Source of the DNA: Fistulifera solaris
Lineage: Eukaryota
Length of the DNA stretch: 64,000 nucleotides
Direction of reading: 5' to 3'
NCBI GenBank assembly: GCA_030295235.1
Contig: AP026138.1
Coordinates: forward strand, 868,001-932,000
Below the pieces are notes generated by a model, which was not told the DNA's origin, did not search any database, and saw only the letters and a program-made list of their open reading frames with translations. This document shows, piece after piece, positions 48,558 through 60,592 of the stretch (its first letter is position 1; each line of letters starts with the position of its first letter). The translations under genes and the position numbers were made by a program.

Positions 48558-49396
48558 ATGTACGCAAGACCAAGTAGCGACCATGAGGAAGTCGGCCCTT
48601 CCAAGAAGAGGAAAGTCAGCCATCACAAAGAATCGCCGACTTTGCGATACAGCGACGTCCATGGCTCCAACAGAGACGATGGCGATGAATCGGCAAGTGA
48701 ATCTTTGCAGCCGCAATGCAAGACAGGAGTGAAACGGGTGCACATAAACGACCGAGAAAGGCGAGCAGTGCATCTCGTCGCATCGAAATATCTAATCCAG
48801 AGCTTGCCCTACGCCACAAGCTCACCAGCGAAGAGGGGCAGTTAGAAGAACACCCCGATTACACTCCAGATCAAGCGAGAGAAGCGGCTAAACGTGAATA
48901 TAATCGTCGAAATGCAGCCCGGGCTCGCATCCGTCTAAAGTGCACGTTGACTGAAATGCATGAGAAGTGTGCTTCGATGAACGACGAAATTCAAAGCCTG
49001 AAGGATGAGAATGCTGCTTTAAAAGCTGAATTGAATGAAATGAAACAACAGGCTCGTAGACAAAGTCTCAGTGCCGATAGACTTCGCCTAAGTGATATCA
49101 CCTTGCCGACAGACCGAGGATTGTATCTTCCGCAACTGCGAGGGGCCTTGGAAACTGACCGTCTCTTGCAAGGTAGTGTATTAGCTCCACAGTGGCAGTC
49201 CAACGAAGCGAGATTACAGCAGTTGATTACAATGGGTGGTGTGACACCCCTCGTTCCGTCCGTGCAGCCTGAATTGGCGCTTGGGCAACCTTTAATGAAT
49301 TCGCTCATCCTGGCCAGGGCCCGGGCCGCTTTGCATCCGAATAGCTCATTAACACTCTCCGAGCTCGGAAACTCATCACTCTTTTTACCGAAATAG
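48558..49396 (+). CDS. bZIP transcription factor, tandem paralogue of 45954-46955; frame discontinuity near 48700-48780 or start at 48716
   Basis: AKREYNRRNAARARIRLK plus zipper; shares LAL..KLT.EEGQLEE.P, GLYLP, LAR.RAAL and terminal FLPK* with the upstream copy. Confidence 0.82.
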
Positions 49397-50303
49397 GCAC
49401 ACACAGTCGGATGATCGTCAATATCTTTTACCATTTTACTAATATTTTGAAAGCTCGTTCAATACTCCGTAACAAAGAGCTTAGTAAGCCCATCTCCCAT
49501 CTTAGCAAATCGCTTTGTTGCTAGTTATGCATTAGAGGAGCTGCTGGGAAACATAAATTTCAATTAAACAGGGATTGTTGATTGTTATTGCTGATGATCA
49601 TCGAATAATGGTGGTCGACGGAGAAACAACAAGATCGTTGTGTGATTTTGCGGTTTGCTCGCTATAATGACACGCAGTGAATACGTATTGTGCCACGTTT
49701 CTCCGAAAACCGAAAAAAAGCGGAGGAGCTCGATCGCAAGCAGCCAGCAAATGACCGATGACGAATGACTCATGACAAAAACAGTCGTGCTGAAAATGTT
49801 ATCACAATATTTTTACGCTCAGTCCTGTGTCCTGTAGACCACATCGAAGCCTTGAAGCAGCTCATTGTGTAGCAATGGAAGCAGGATAATCATTCATGTT
49901 ACAATGATAGGTGCGTGTTACTTGTCTGAATTGCAATCGCTCTATAAAAAAAATCGGCAAGTAATAAAGCATTCCGCAAGACCGTTCGACATAATAAAAT
50001 TGAGGCTTGCATTTTGAATAAAGATGTTTTTATTTGTTGAGAATGCATCAAGTACGCGGGTACCAGTTGCAGTTCTTGCATCCGCGCAATTCATTCAGAA
50101 GGATCGATCGAGCTAATAATTATGGCTCATGACTGCGCTGCTATCCATTCACGGATACCCACACTATATAGTGCTGTGCTTTCTTGCGAACGAAGAAAAG
50201 TCATTAACCTTACCTGGTATATTCATTCGTCGCGGTATTTTTCAGCATCGTTCAAATTGCTGGCGTTCAATGTGATAGATTTTCAAACATAAAATACATT
50301 ATT

Positions 50304-51061
50304 ATGGTGAACGAGTTGAGCTACAATACAATCAGCCATGTTCTCGAATCATGGGAATCTCTGCGTCGGATAGCCAAGTGGGAGGAAGTTGCTGGAGTTT
50401 GTTTATTCCGAAAGTAAGTTGAGGAAACGCGAGATGCTACATTATTATTTGCTGGCGATAGCTGCAATAAAAGTTGTTACGTGCGTCTTTTTCATTTGCG
50501 TGCACTCACAAATTAAACCCCCTTTCTTAGATTATTTCACCGCTCTCCTCCTGCGCGAGTCCTTTTTGGTTTCCCCATTGATATCGATCCGGATTCCGAC
50601 GATCTTCGCTTCTCCAAACGTTTCGTGACGCAGGCAATGTACATGATTCAAATGCTCGATTCATCGATTAGTATGTTAGGCCCTGATATTGACATGCTTT
50701 CTGAAATTATGGTAATTAATATGCTTGCTAAGTTATTCATGCGCAAATATTTGTTCCGTTCTCACCTTGCTTCTTTTTGAAGTCGGAATTGGGAGCTAAG
50801 CATTCAAGGTGAGTCATCCTCAAACTTTGCTTATTAATTAATAGCTACATCTCAAAAGCCATGCTGTCTTTAACAAATACTGTCTTCTTCGTGCCGGGTA
50901 GGTATGGCGTTCAACCGGAAATGTTTACTATCATGGGCGAGTGCCTCATTGAAATGTTGGCCGAGTTACTGCCGAATGGCGTGTCCACCGAGGCAGAGGC
51001 GGCTTGGCAGACTACTTACAAAGAGCTTTCACAAGACATGATTCGAGCTTACGTCTCTTGA
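50304..51061 (+). CDS. Single-domain globin, 4 exons (50304-50413, 50531-50711, 50783-50808, 50902-51061)
   Basis: Spliced product MVNELSYNTISHVLESWESLRR...AGVCLFRKLF...ARVLFGF...SKRFVTQAMYMIQMLD...ELGAKHSRYGVQPEMF..MGECLI...AWQTTY..LS.DM; three phase-consistent GT-AG introns. Confidence 0.88.
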
Positions 51062-51571
51062 TCACTTGTTCTAAAATGTGTAGCCTTGAACGAAGTTCGT
51101 TGACTTAGAAATTTATTACTCAACGGTATAAGGTCATGCGATGAAAGTAAAGGCGGTAGTCCGCAAAACTATTGTTGTAATCAATCGAGTTCTATTATAA
51201 GACACTACATTAAAAGTGTTTCGTCGAAACGAAAGTACTCGTTTGTTAAGTTTCGGCGCTTGGTTTTAATGCTAGCTAGCATTGGAGTACTACAAAGCCT
51301 TGAAATGGCTAATTTCCCTCTTTGGATCCAAGTTCCTTCTTGCCTGTGCACCATCCATTTTTGAATGTCAAATACCTTCTATCGAATGTATGTGAATTCC
51401 TAAAGAAGGAATAACCGCCGGCTCGACAAGTTTTGGTGCACCCTCATGGCGCCTACTTTCAGGCGAAGTTGTCGCTCTCGGTACAAGTTCACAATTCCTT
51501 CGCACCCCTCATTCATAGCAGAATAGAAGCAGTAACATCTTCTTTCCTTGTGCTTTGAAGTCGATTGTACC

Positions 51572-52348
51572 ATGACAAACTTTCCAGCGAAGTTGCACTA
51601 TTTGCTCGGTGAAATGGAGAAAGATGGACAGAGCGACATCATGTCCTGGCAATCAGATGGTCTATCTTTCGTCGTTCATGACAAAGCCCGTCTCGAAGAA
51701 CACATCCTTCCACAGTGGTACCGACAATCTCATTACAGCTCGTTTCAAAGGTGCGTACTCCGGAGGAAAACCCATCGACGCCGTTTCATTCCTAATGATC
51801 TGTGATGCTCCCCTTTAGACAACTCAATATTTACGGCTTTCAGCGTATTTCGAAAGGTGCGTTTTTCACGTCAGCAGCACTGGCTTCACCTCTCAAAGTA
51901 TAACTCAATTTTTGTCCTTTGAACCACAGGAGTGCATAAAGGAGGTTACAAGCATGAATTCTTTCAACGTGACAAACCGGAGTTGTGTGCGAATATCCCC
52001 CGCTGTCGAAAGAAAGGAAAAATGAGTACTATAAAACCAAGTATCATCACTCGCAAATCTTTCGAAACCGAAGGGGAATCATCCAGTCCCCAGTATCAGG
52101 AGCTTTTGTCGCGTTCCTGTAACGAAAACGTCGGAAGCGGCAACAATACCGACTGTAGATCGAGCACGACATTGTTGAATGATTACATCGGTGCCCTCTA
52201 CGGTTTGACTCGTTGTCAGCAAGCCGACTCGCGTTGTCGTCTGGGGGGAGACAGGCCGGACGTTCATCGCGATCTCCAGAAAGCAGAAGATGAGTTGCAT
52301 GCAACAAATTCCACTACTTTGGATCGAATTTCCGATAGCAGCGAGTAA
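51572..52348 (+). CDS. Heat shock transcription factor; introns 51751-51818 and 51857-51929
   Basis: FPAKLHYLL...IMSWQSDGLSFVVHD...ILPQWYRQSHYSSFQR|QLNIYGFQRISKG|VHKGGYKHEFFQRDKP. Confidence 0.92.
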
Positions 52349-53506
52349 GCGTCGCTCTTTGTCGCTTCTTAACTTTCTGCAGCGTAGACGAAAAAGATAA
52401 TACCTTAGAGCAAGCAGATTGCTTCAACTTCTATGATTGAATAGTCTGACGCGCAGAAAGGAAAAGATCAGGTGTTTTCGCTTCTTCTTTCACTCAACAC
52501 TGCACGGCGTTTTGCCATCAATTGTTGGCTGCTGAATGTTCTAAACGTACTTGATAGACATTGTCTAGTGAGGAAGTCTTTCGATTTCAGTCAGTTGCTT
52601 GCCCCCAGTAAAAGGCCGAGAGCGTGCTGGCGCATTTATCGGAATTTCTTGGGTTCGATCGAGAATACCTGTTAGGACGATAGATCGCTTCTTCGACGAT
52701 GATGACTGCCGTTACTGCTCACTATCAAGGATGAAGAGGCAAAGAGATAAAAATTGTCGCAACAGCCCAATATTAGAGCAGAATGAAGAATGAATCATCA
52801 TCGTCGCGTCGAAAGAGATGTAATCTATGGTGCTCTACTATCACGCCCCTTCGACGCCGCGGGAGTTTTTGTCAGGGGCTATTGCTTGCGACATCACGAT
52901 ATACGGTGGGCATGCCAAGATGAGTTTGGTGGTCACGTGCAGTCTTTTATTGATTCGAATGTTAGAATATAGCGAACGAGAGGAATGCGTGTGTTCGCCG
53001 TCATCGTCGCTTTGCAAAAAGGAAAATAGCGCCAGCGCACCTTTCCTCATCTCCACCATGGTTGGCGTTAAGTTTCGGAGGTGCGCGATCGTGCGCCATT
53101 GCGTGCGCGTTCATAGAGGAGTTGAAGTTTCAAAGTCGTTCGGTACTCGGGTTCTATGGAGGGAGTAGAAGATGCGACAAAAGCGAACGCGAATCGGCCA
53201 TTTCAATTCGCGATTCGCATTTTCGTTGAAGAACAAAAGAAACAAATCAGTATTGATTCAGATGATGATCGATGCTTTCCCTCAATGCCTTGCTCTTATC
53301 GTTGGGAGTTGGGAATGATCTACTCTGTTATAATAATCTCTCGCGACAAACCAGAGTGCGCTTCGCATTCGAACCCTGTTCTTCCAATCCTCATTTTACC
53401 TTCTCGTCTTGTGAATTCAATCGCTCTCTTTATTATACGGCCTGTGGAGTCATCAGCTTATTTCTTACAATTTGCTAACGATCAAGCGTAAGAGTTTCGA
53501 AGACTA

Positions 53507-53905
53507 ATGAAGAGCATGAGCAAACGAGCGCTGCAAACCCTTCCAGAACAAGTACATGGTAGTCAGTTGCGGCCTTTTCCTCTTTTGCCGCACGGAAGAG
53601 AACAAGCTTCTCAAGAGTTGCGTCTACAACAAAGACCAAGTCGCTTAAGACTAAGCGATCGACAAAAAACATTTGTGTTTGTAAAGATGCTTCTACAATA
53701 TTTGGATCGTGCAAACAACCATCTTATGCAGGTACAAGCTAAAGCCATCATTGCCGAATGTGTTCAACGCAATCGCATGGGCGACCCGCTCTATGCCGAC
53801 CTTCAAAATGCTCTTCAAGTGCATTTATCAGCGGTTCTGGGATACACAACGTATACGCGTATTCAGCTTTGCTGTCGGCGGCGATATCGCAACTGCTCGA
53901 TATGA
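53507..53905 (+). CDS. Small helical hypothetical protein
   Basis: FVFVKMLLQYL...QAKAIIAECVQRNRMGDP.Y..L motif resembling a diatom multigene family (recognition, not searched). Confidence 0.65.
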   Translation: MKSMSKRALQTLPEQVHGSQLRPFPLLPHGREQASQELRLQQRPSRLRLSDRQKTFVFVKMLLQYLDRANNHLMQVQAKAIIAECVQRNRMGDPLYADLQNALQVHLSAVLGYTTYTRIQLCCRRRYRNCSI

Positions 53906-54841
53906 TCAAGAGAGTTTCATTTTGCTAGCTATCATTCGTAATCAAACTCCCGTCGCTTCTATCAGCTTAATGAAAACAACTCCGCTCCTTTTTGCTTAAA
54001 AGGACTCGTTTCAATTGCTAGTTGGCCTGTGCTACCTGGTAAAGCACTTTCGAGAGGCGTAGAAGGAATTCCTCTGAATCTTGTACCTAAAGTTTGCCCA
54101 CCGCACCAGACTCACTTAAGCTTAGAACAAAATGACTTAAATCGACTCAAGGACTGCGTAAGTAGAGTTCGTATGGAAAGGCTCCGCGTTTTGTAGGACG
54201 CTTAAACCCACTTTGTCCTTAGATCGTTTTCCTCGACACCAGTCACAAGCACGTCAACCTCTGAGTTTAAGGCTTTTTCACCCAGCTAGCTTGTTCTTTC
54301 CAAGGAAAGAGAAAATGTGAAGCGCAAACGCAATAAACTGACGCATAATCGCACGAAGAAATATAAATATTTCCTCTTGTGACAGACCTTCATAGCATAC
54401 AGTAGTGTAAAGAAGGAATAGTGAAAATCATCGGAGCACGGAGTTTATAAGAAAAAGTCATTGCCGTTGCACCTTTAAATATAGAGTCAAAATGTACTAG
54501 AAAGAATAATGCAGTCATTGTCTCAAATCCGCTAAGTCGAGCGGCGCGCGATGCATTTTCGATCGCCGCGCCGCCCTCTCCGCCACGCCACGCTGATGAT
54601 ACCGCAAACGGCAAACAAAAATTTTGCCGGAGTAATTCATTCGTCTCCAAAATTGAAATGGAATATATCATTGATAGAATATCGTAAGAGACAATATCGA
54701 CAAAGCAACGATCAACTCAAGCTCACCAATCTCGTCAGCGAAGCAATCTTGTGCCCGAAGGAATTAAAAGAAGGCGAAAGCGCTCTAGAAAGACCCACGA
54801 ACACAGCATTTCCTTGTAAGAAATCGTTCTCGGAAAGCGCA

Positions 54842-56804
54842 ATGATTACACCTCATATCACAGGCTCGCAAGTTATTTTACCAAGGGATCCTGCCAATAC
54901 TATATCGCCTTTGAGCGTCGTTAGCTCTGAATCAGTTGTGTCGACTGCTTCGAATAGATGGAAAAGCATAAGCAGATCTAACTTTCGGAAGCTTCCGATC
55001 GCTGAAAGCTCTACGGCTTGTGTCAATGCGTCGCATTTTGAGGATTCGGCAAAAACGGAGAATGTAACAAAGGAACAATTGTTACGTCGTCCTTTAATCC
55101 GTCGAGAATCGTTGTCGGTGAAAGATTTGCTCGCTCAGGTTGTGGAGGAACCAGGTTTTACTGCGCGGTTGTCGAAATCGATGACAGACCTCAAAACGTC
55201 CGTTAAATCGACTCACGAGAGCTCCAAAGAAAATAGATCGGTTCCGCGTCGTGACTATATGCCAGTAGAGGTATTAGCCCTGCAGACGATGGATTTGGAA
55301 GACGAAGAGAGGGCCGTTCTATGCAGTCGGTTATCACGGTCAATGACTGATTTGCAATTATCCCCTAAAGCAAAGGCGTTCGATAATATAACGATGGCTA
55401 GCAAGGTCCGGCGAAAACTTGCGCTCACAAAGTCGGACTCTTCTCAGTACATGATGCCCGCTTTACCAGTTCGAGAAGATAGTTTCAATTTATCGGACAA
55501 CCAGAATGCTCAATTTTCAACCCCAATACCAGCGAACCGAGATGCCTACATCGATAAACTGATCAGGAAGAGTACTTTATCAGTCAAGTCGTCTTGGTAC
55601 AAGAAACAATTATCGCAGGCAGCGCAGCCTCCCGAAGTGCACGCAAGTTTTGCTACCAGTGAGCCCCCCTGTGAAACAGAACATTCTTATAAACTCACTG
55701 GACGCAAATGTCCGAAAAAGTGACAACCATCATTCGAGTACAGCGCTCACATCACCAATGGCAAAGGGACTGGTAAGCAGTCAATTTTCAAGGTCAATGA
55801 ACGACCTATCTACGTCGCAGCAGTCCTTTCATGTCCGACTATCTCGCTCTCATTCGTCGGAAAGGATGCCTGTGATGCCACTGCGTCGTGGCAGCGTTGG
55901 GATTGGTAGTAGAAGTAATCAAGATTTGCCGCAAGGTGAAAGGTCAAGAGTTTCCGCTGTGCTAGTTGATTCTCCACAGCAATCAACACCAACAGTCAGT
56001 TCGAAAACACATTCACAATTGAGCAAACCATGGGGCTGGTCCGAAACGTCAACTTTGAAGCGCAGTTCGTTATCAAGTTTATCAACGGACTTATCCGGAC
56101 CACCGTGTGAACATCCGGATCTTCGTCGGCCTTATTCGTCGGAACAAATGCCGATGAAGCCAATGCGTCGTGATAGCTTAGCGGCCCCCGATAACGAGAC
56201 CTCACTGTCAAAGCCAGCTCCCGCCGAAGTGCACGCACCATACAGCCTATCAAAGGACATTGAAGAACTGATATTGAAAAGCGCTTCATCGGTAAAATCT
56301 CTTTGGCATTTGAAGCAAGCCGTTGATGCGCAAGATCTTTTTCCCAAAGAAACGAGAAATGTACTCAACGACACGTCTCCTATCCTATCGAATATGACTA
56401 GAAAAAATTCTACAAGTGAGCCCTCTGTGTCACCGGGGTTAGCTCGTGTTTCGAACTCTATGTCGGAACTTCGTTCAGTGCTTTCATCCTCCAATAATGG
56501 AGTTGTGTTCTCGGAGCTATCTCGCTGTCATACATCTGCGAGCATGCCTACAAAGCCGATGCGTCGCGGAAGTATCAATGCTGAAATTGCGTTTGCTGGA
56601 CATGGCTCCAATCTGCATACACGCCGCACATTACCAGCAATGAATTCCCAACCCACGCAATCACAGCATCCTGGTGTATCCGTCGACGAAGCAGAAGAAA
56701 GAGAACCTGGACTAGCTATTGCTAGACCCGTTGCAAAGTCCAACATCTTTTTTGACACAACTCGGTCCAGAAAATCTGTGCTTGGGGAGTCACCTAACAG
56801 TTAG
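54842..56804 (+). CDS. Ser-rich disordered protein with repeated SMxDL and PxxPxRxxS motifs; probable +1 frameshift near 55715-55719
   Basis: Two overlapping long ORFs share internal repeats (LSKSMTDL, LSRSMTDL, FSRSMNDL; PALPVREDS, PVMPLRRGS, PMKPMRRDS, PTKPMRRGS); start uncertain. Confidence 0.65.
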
Positions 56805-57800
56805 GGTCCCTGGAAGTTTAAGGACAAGAAGTTGTCTCGACAAGCACTTAATCGACCGTGATAATGCTGAGTTGAGGTTTCTCCGTGTTTCAGTTTGGTG
56901 TCAAAGATTTTGGTTAGACGAGATATGAGACAACCCTAGGTAACGAGGCTAGCGAAATAGTTCTATTGGAACGGGTTTGCACCTAGTATTGTTAAGCTTT
57001 TTTTTCGCACACCAGCTCTTTTGTTCCCTAGGTTTTGATCCAGGTCGCAAAAAATCAAAAACGGCAAGTGAAAAAGACTCTTTTGACTTTTCATGAACAT
57101 GTTACATTATTTTGGTTTTTAGCTGCTTTCTAGAGCTGCTTTCTAGCTTGCGCTCCTTAGCAATGAGGGTCGCTACCTAGGTGCGCCTTAGCTTCTTCGG
57201 CCTGGTTGCTTAGGTTAGAGAGTCTATAGAGTATAGAGTTGCTACTGGGTACTGGGTAAGGTTATAAAGGATGAAGAAGATGACAGATGACAGATGACTG
57301 TACTTGTACTTGACTATTGGCTGTTGGTAGAAAGTCATGGTCATTGTTCGTAAACGTTAACATTTGACATTAACCATTAACATGTCATTGTTTCGTCTCT
57401 ACAGTATATAGTGAATTATGAATTATGAATTAATAGTTACCTATTATGTACGTTGTATTTCGAATTTCGAAGTTCGAAGGATACTACGTACTTTTGTACT
57501 TTTGCTTTTTCTTTCGTCTAACGCTCTACAAATTGGTGCAGAGTGCAGAGGAGTCTTTCTGTCTTTCTACATTACAGTAGGAGGTCCCAAAGAGCAGAAG
57601 CCTTTAAGGCCAGACGCAAAAAGCGCCCCGCGATAGTCTTCGCACTTCGCACGACAATAAGATTTTTCACCCCTTGAATTCTCAAGAAACGACGACGAAA
57701 GGAAGCGAATAAACGCTTTGACAAAGTCAGCTGGATCGCATAGCCTTCTGCAACCTGAAAAGGTGCATTGAAACTGACTTCATTGTTATAAATCGTCGCA

Positions 57801-59490
57801 ATGAGACGAGAAGATTGCGAAGATTTGCCTATCCAAGAGGAATTTGGAACTCCGATGTCATCGCGACTCGTTTCACCCGCTCAAGAATCTGTTTATGCGG
57901 AAATATTAGTAAACCATTCGCATGCGCTCCTCGTGTCGCCGTTGGGTGAAGATCTTTCTCCAATGAAGCGTTTGCCTGTTCCTATGATGTCGGCGCTAGA
58001 AGCATGTCGAATTCGCCGTTCAAAACTTCCCATAATGAGAGACACAAACAGAAGAGAGGCAGCCTTCGCAGCGTCGTCAAGGAAACTCGAAGGACTTGCT
58101 CGAGCAAAGTCAATGGCTCTTATGAGTAGCACAACGAAAGCTTCTTCCAGAGAATCACAGTCTTATACTAAAAGCAGTCTATCGGTCACGAAACACTCTT
58201 CGAATCCTGATCTTCGACTGCAAAATGTGCAACTCGACCGCATCGCACCATGATGAGTAACGCACGGTGGAACAATGCCCGATCTGAGAGACTCAACAAA
58301 TCATGTGACTTGAAAAATGTGTTTATAACCGACTGTTTGGTCGACATGGGCAGGATGCGCTGTGATAATCCTGGGGCAAACTCGTCATTAGACCTGCAAG
58401 GCGTATTTGGCAAATCCTCGGACAAGGTAGATACTGGAAGGAAGAATTCGGGTGGAGATTCACGGCGTAGTCTCGGTGACTCTGCAAGTAAATTAGACGA
58501 GCGGTCAGCATTGGCTCCTCGACGTCCGGTACGATTGCTGAGCCCCTTAAAAAAGAACAGGCATTATTCAACACCGGAACTTGGATGTATGCTTGGCGAT
58601 TTCGAAAAGAAACAAAGGAAAGCCTCAATGAATGATGGATGGGATGACTCGGAGAATACGGAAGGATCCCTAGAATTAAGCAATGTATTTCCAGAATATC
58701 AGCGAGAGCAAAGCCACGCTCCTGTAAGACACGGTAAAAGTCGAAGTATTACTCGGACAAATTCAAGCATCGACTTGCTCAATGTTTTCGGAGGATCGCT
58801 ACATGGATTGGATACGTCTCTATCGAAAGGATCAGCATCCGCTTCAATGAGTAACTTTCGAGCAACGCCCCTAAAATCACCCAGAAGTCTCAAAGCAGCA
58901 AGAAAATCAACAAGTACAGCTCAAGCCCAAATCTAGGCCACAATCGTTACGTATCTCCCACAAGTGTGATGGACGTGAACAATTCCTCGGATGCTCATTC
59001 CACAGGCAACGTAATTTGGAGTCATCAAATGAAGTCGGGAAATGCGTGTTCAGAACGACCGAAAAACGTATTCATTCAGGGCATGTCGACAAATGCAAAT
59101 TATACTCGAAGGACTCAATTAACATCAGTGAATACGAAAATGATTCCCGGTCGAACATCCCATGAACTTCTGACGTCGATGCAATCGTTACAACCACAAC
59201 GCCCAGCGGCAGGGTTGCAAAAATACAGCTCCACCCCAGAACTTGGTGGAAGAGATCGAAATTCACGATCAAGAACATTTGAAAACGGCCTTTCAAGCCA
59301 TAGGATGGAAAATGCCTATTGGAAGCCGAATAAATCGAACGGTCATGGAAATGTTCTTATAAAAGCAATCACTCCTCCCACCTCGGCGATACCATTAAAT
59401 CGCGGCGTCACACGAACTACCTCATCGCTTGATTTGAGCTTAGTCTTCGGTTCATCTCTTGAGCATATCGAAGGACGCTGCAATAGTTAA
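57801..59490 (+). CDS. Ser-rich disordered repeat protein; probable -1 frameshifts at 58222-58225 and 58903-58906
   Basis: Three consecutive ORFs share SSxDLxxVFG and (K/H)YS(S)(T/S)PxLG repeats and join by adding one A to each A4 run. Confidence 0.6.
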
Positions 59491-60592
59491 TTCAACTTTA
59501 AAGTTAAATAGTTTGTGGATAAATCGGATTTAAAATCACAAAAGTTGAACTTACCCGTAATCCGTAAATGAATCTGATGAAACAAAATCCACCAAGCTTC
59601 TTTATCTTTGGGCACCAATAGGGCACCAAAGTATGAGAAGAAACCTGGTAACGATAATACAGACCGAGACGCTCTTTCAATCTTTAACACAAGTGTCTAT
59701 CCAGTAAGTGTATTTGTATGAGAAGTTGTATATGACATGAACTTAATGCAGTCCACATTTTTCGGGACTGAGACTAAATTCATTCCGAGAAATTGATAAT
59801 CACCGGTTTACATAGAGAAGAGACTGATGTCAACAACCAGTTCTCGAAACGAATCATTTTTAACCGACTTAAGGGCAAGCAATGAAGCAATGAGCTGCAA
59901 CAATTAACTGGTGCCGGGACTGATCAGCGGCTGAGTCGATGGTGCTTTACAGTAGAGAAAGTAATACTATAAAAGGACAAGTTTCCAAAAAAAAGTACTG
60001 TAGCCAGTCCGCGATTGATATTATTTATACAAAGACCATAGTAGGGCTAAAAGCCCCTATTTGTTTGTAGATCTTTGCTGTTTCCCGCCTTATGGATATA
60101 TTGGACTCGCGACTCCGTTTCATGTTTCATCGATGTGTTATTACCGGAGTAATTCTTATACTCTTATACCGAGCATCAAGACTTTCTACTTTCTATCGTG
60201 TCATTTCCTTGCTTTCTATGACCTGTGTCACGAAGTGGCTGCGATATAATAGGGAATGTAGCATTGACTCTCTAAGAAACTAGAAACAGAGTTATAGTCA
60301 GCGAATCAAATGTCAAATTTCAGCCGTGCCTTCTACTTTATTAGTATAACAAGAACTGTTACTTAGGTTGAACATTGAAGGGCAATTGCAAGCGTCGTTT
60401 TTTTAGTACTTGAAATCGCATATTGGGACTTAGAAGAAGAGCTTTTCGCTTTTCTGCACGGGCAACGATTGCTCCCCCAACACTCCACCTATCAAAAATA
60501 ATCAAAACTGGGAAACGTCGACGAACTACGAATAGCGGCATCAATCAACAAAATCGAACATTAAACACAAGAGAGAGATCTTGCTTCATCAA

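Noticed and set aside
50208..50220. CTTACCTGG resembling the U1 snRNA 5' end
   Set aside because: Downstream sequence lacks recognisable U1 stem-loops; it lies just upstream of the globin start
52472..53491. Cluster of 60-113-aa ORFs
   Set aside because: No motifs or homology recognised
55715..55723. Programmed frameshifting at an A-run next to a stop codon
   Set aside because: Other shift sites lack this context and occur in both directions; homopolymer error is simpler
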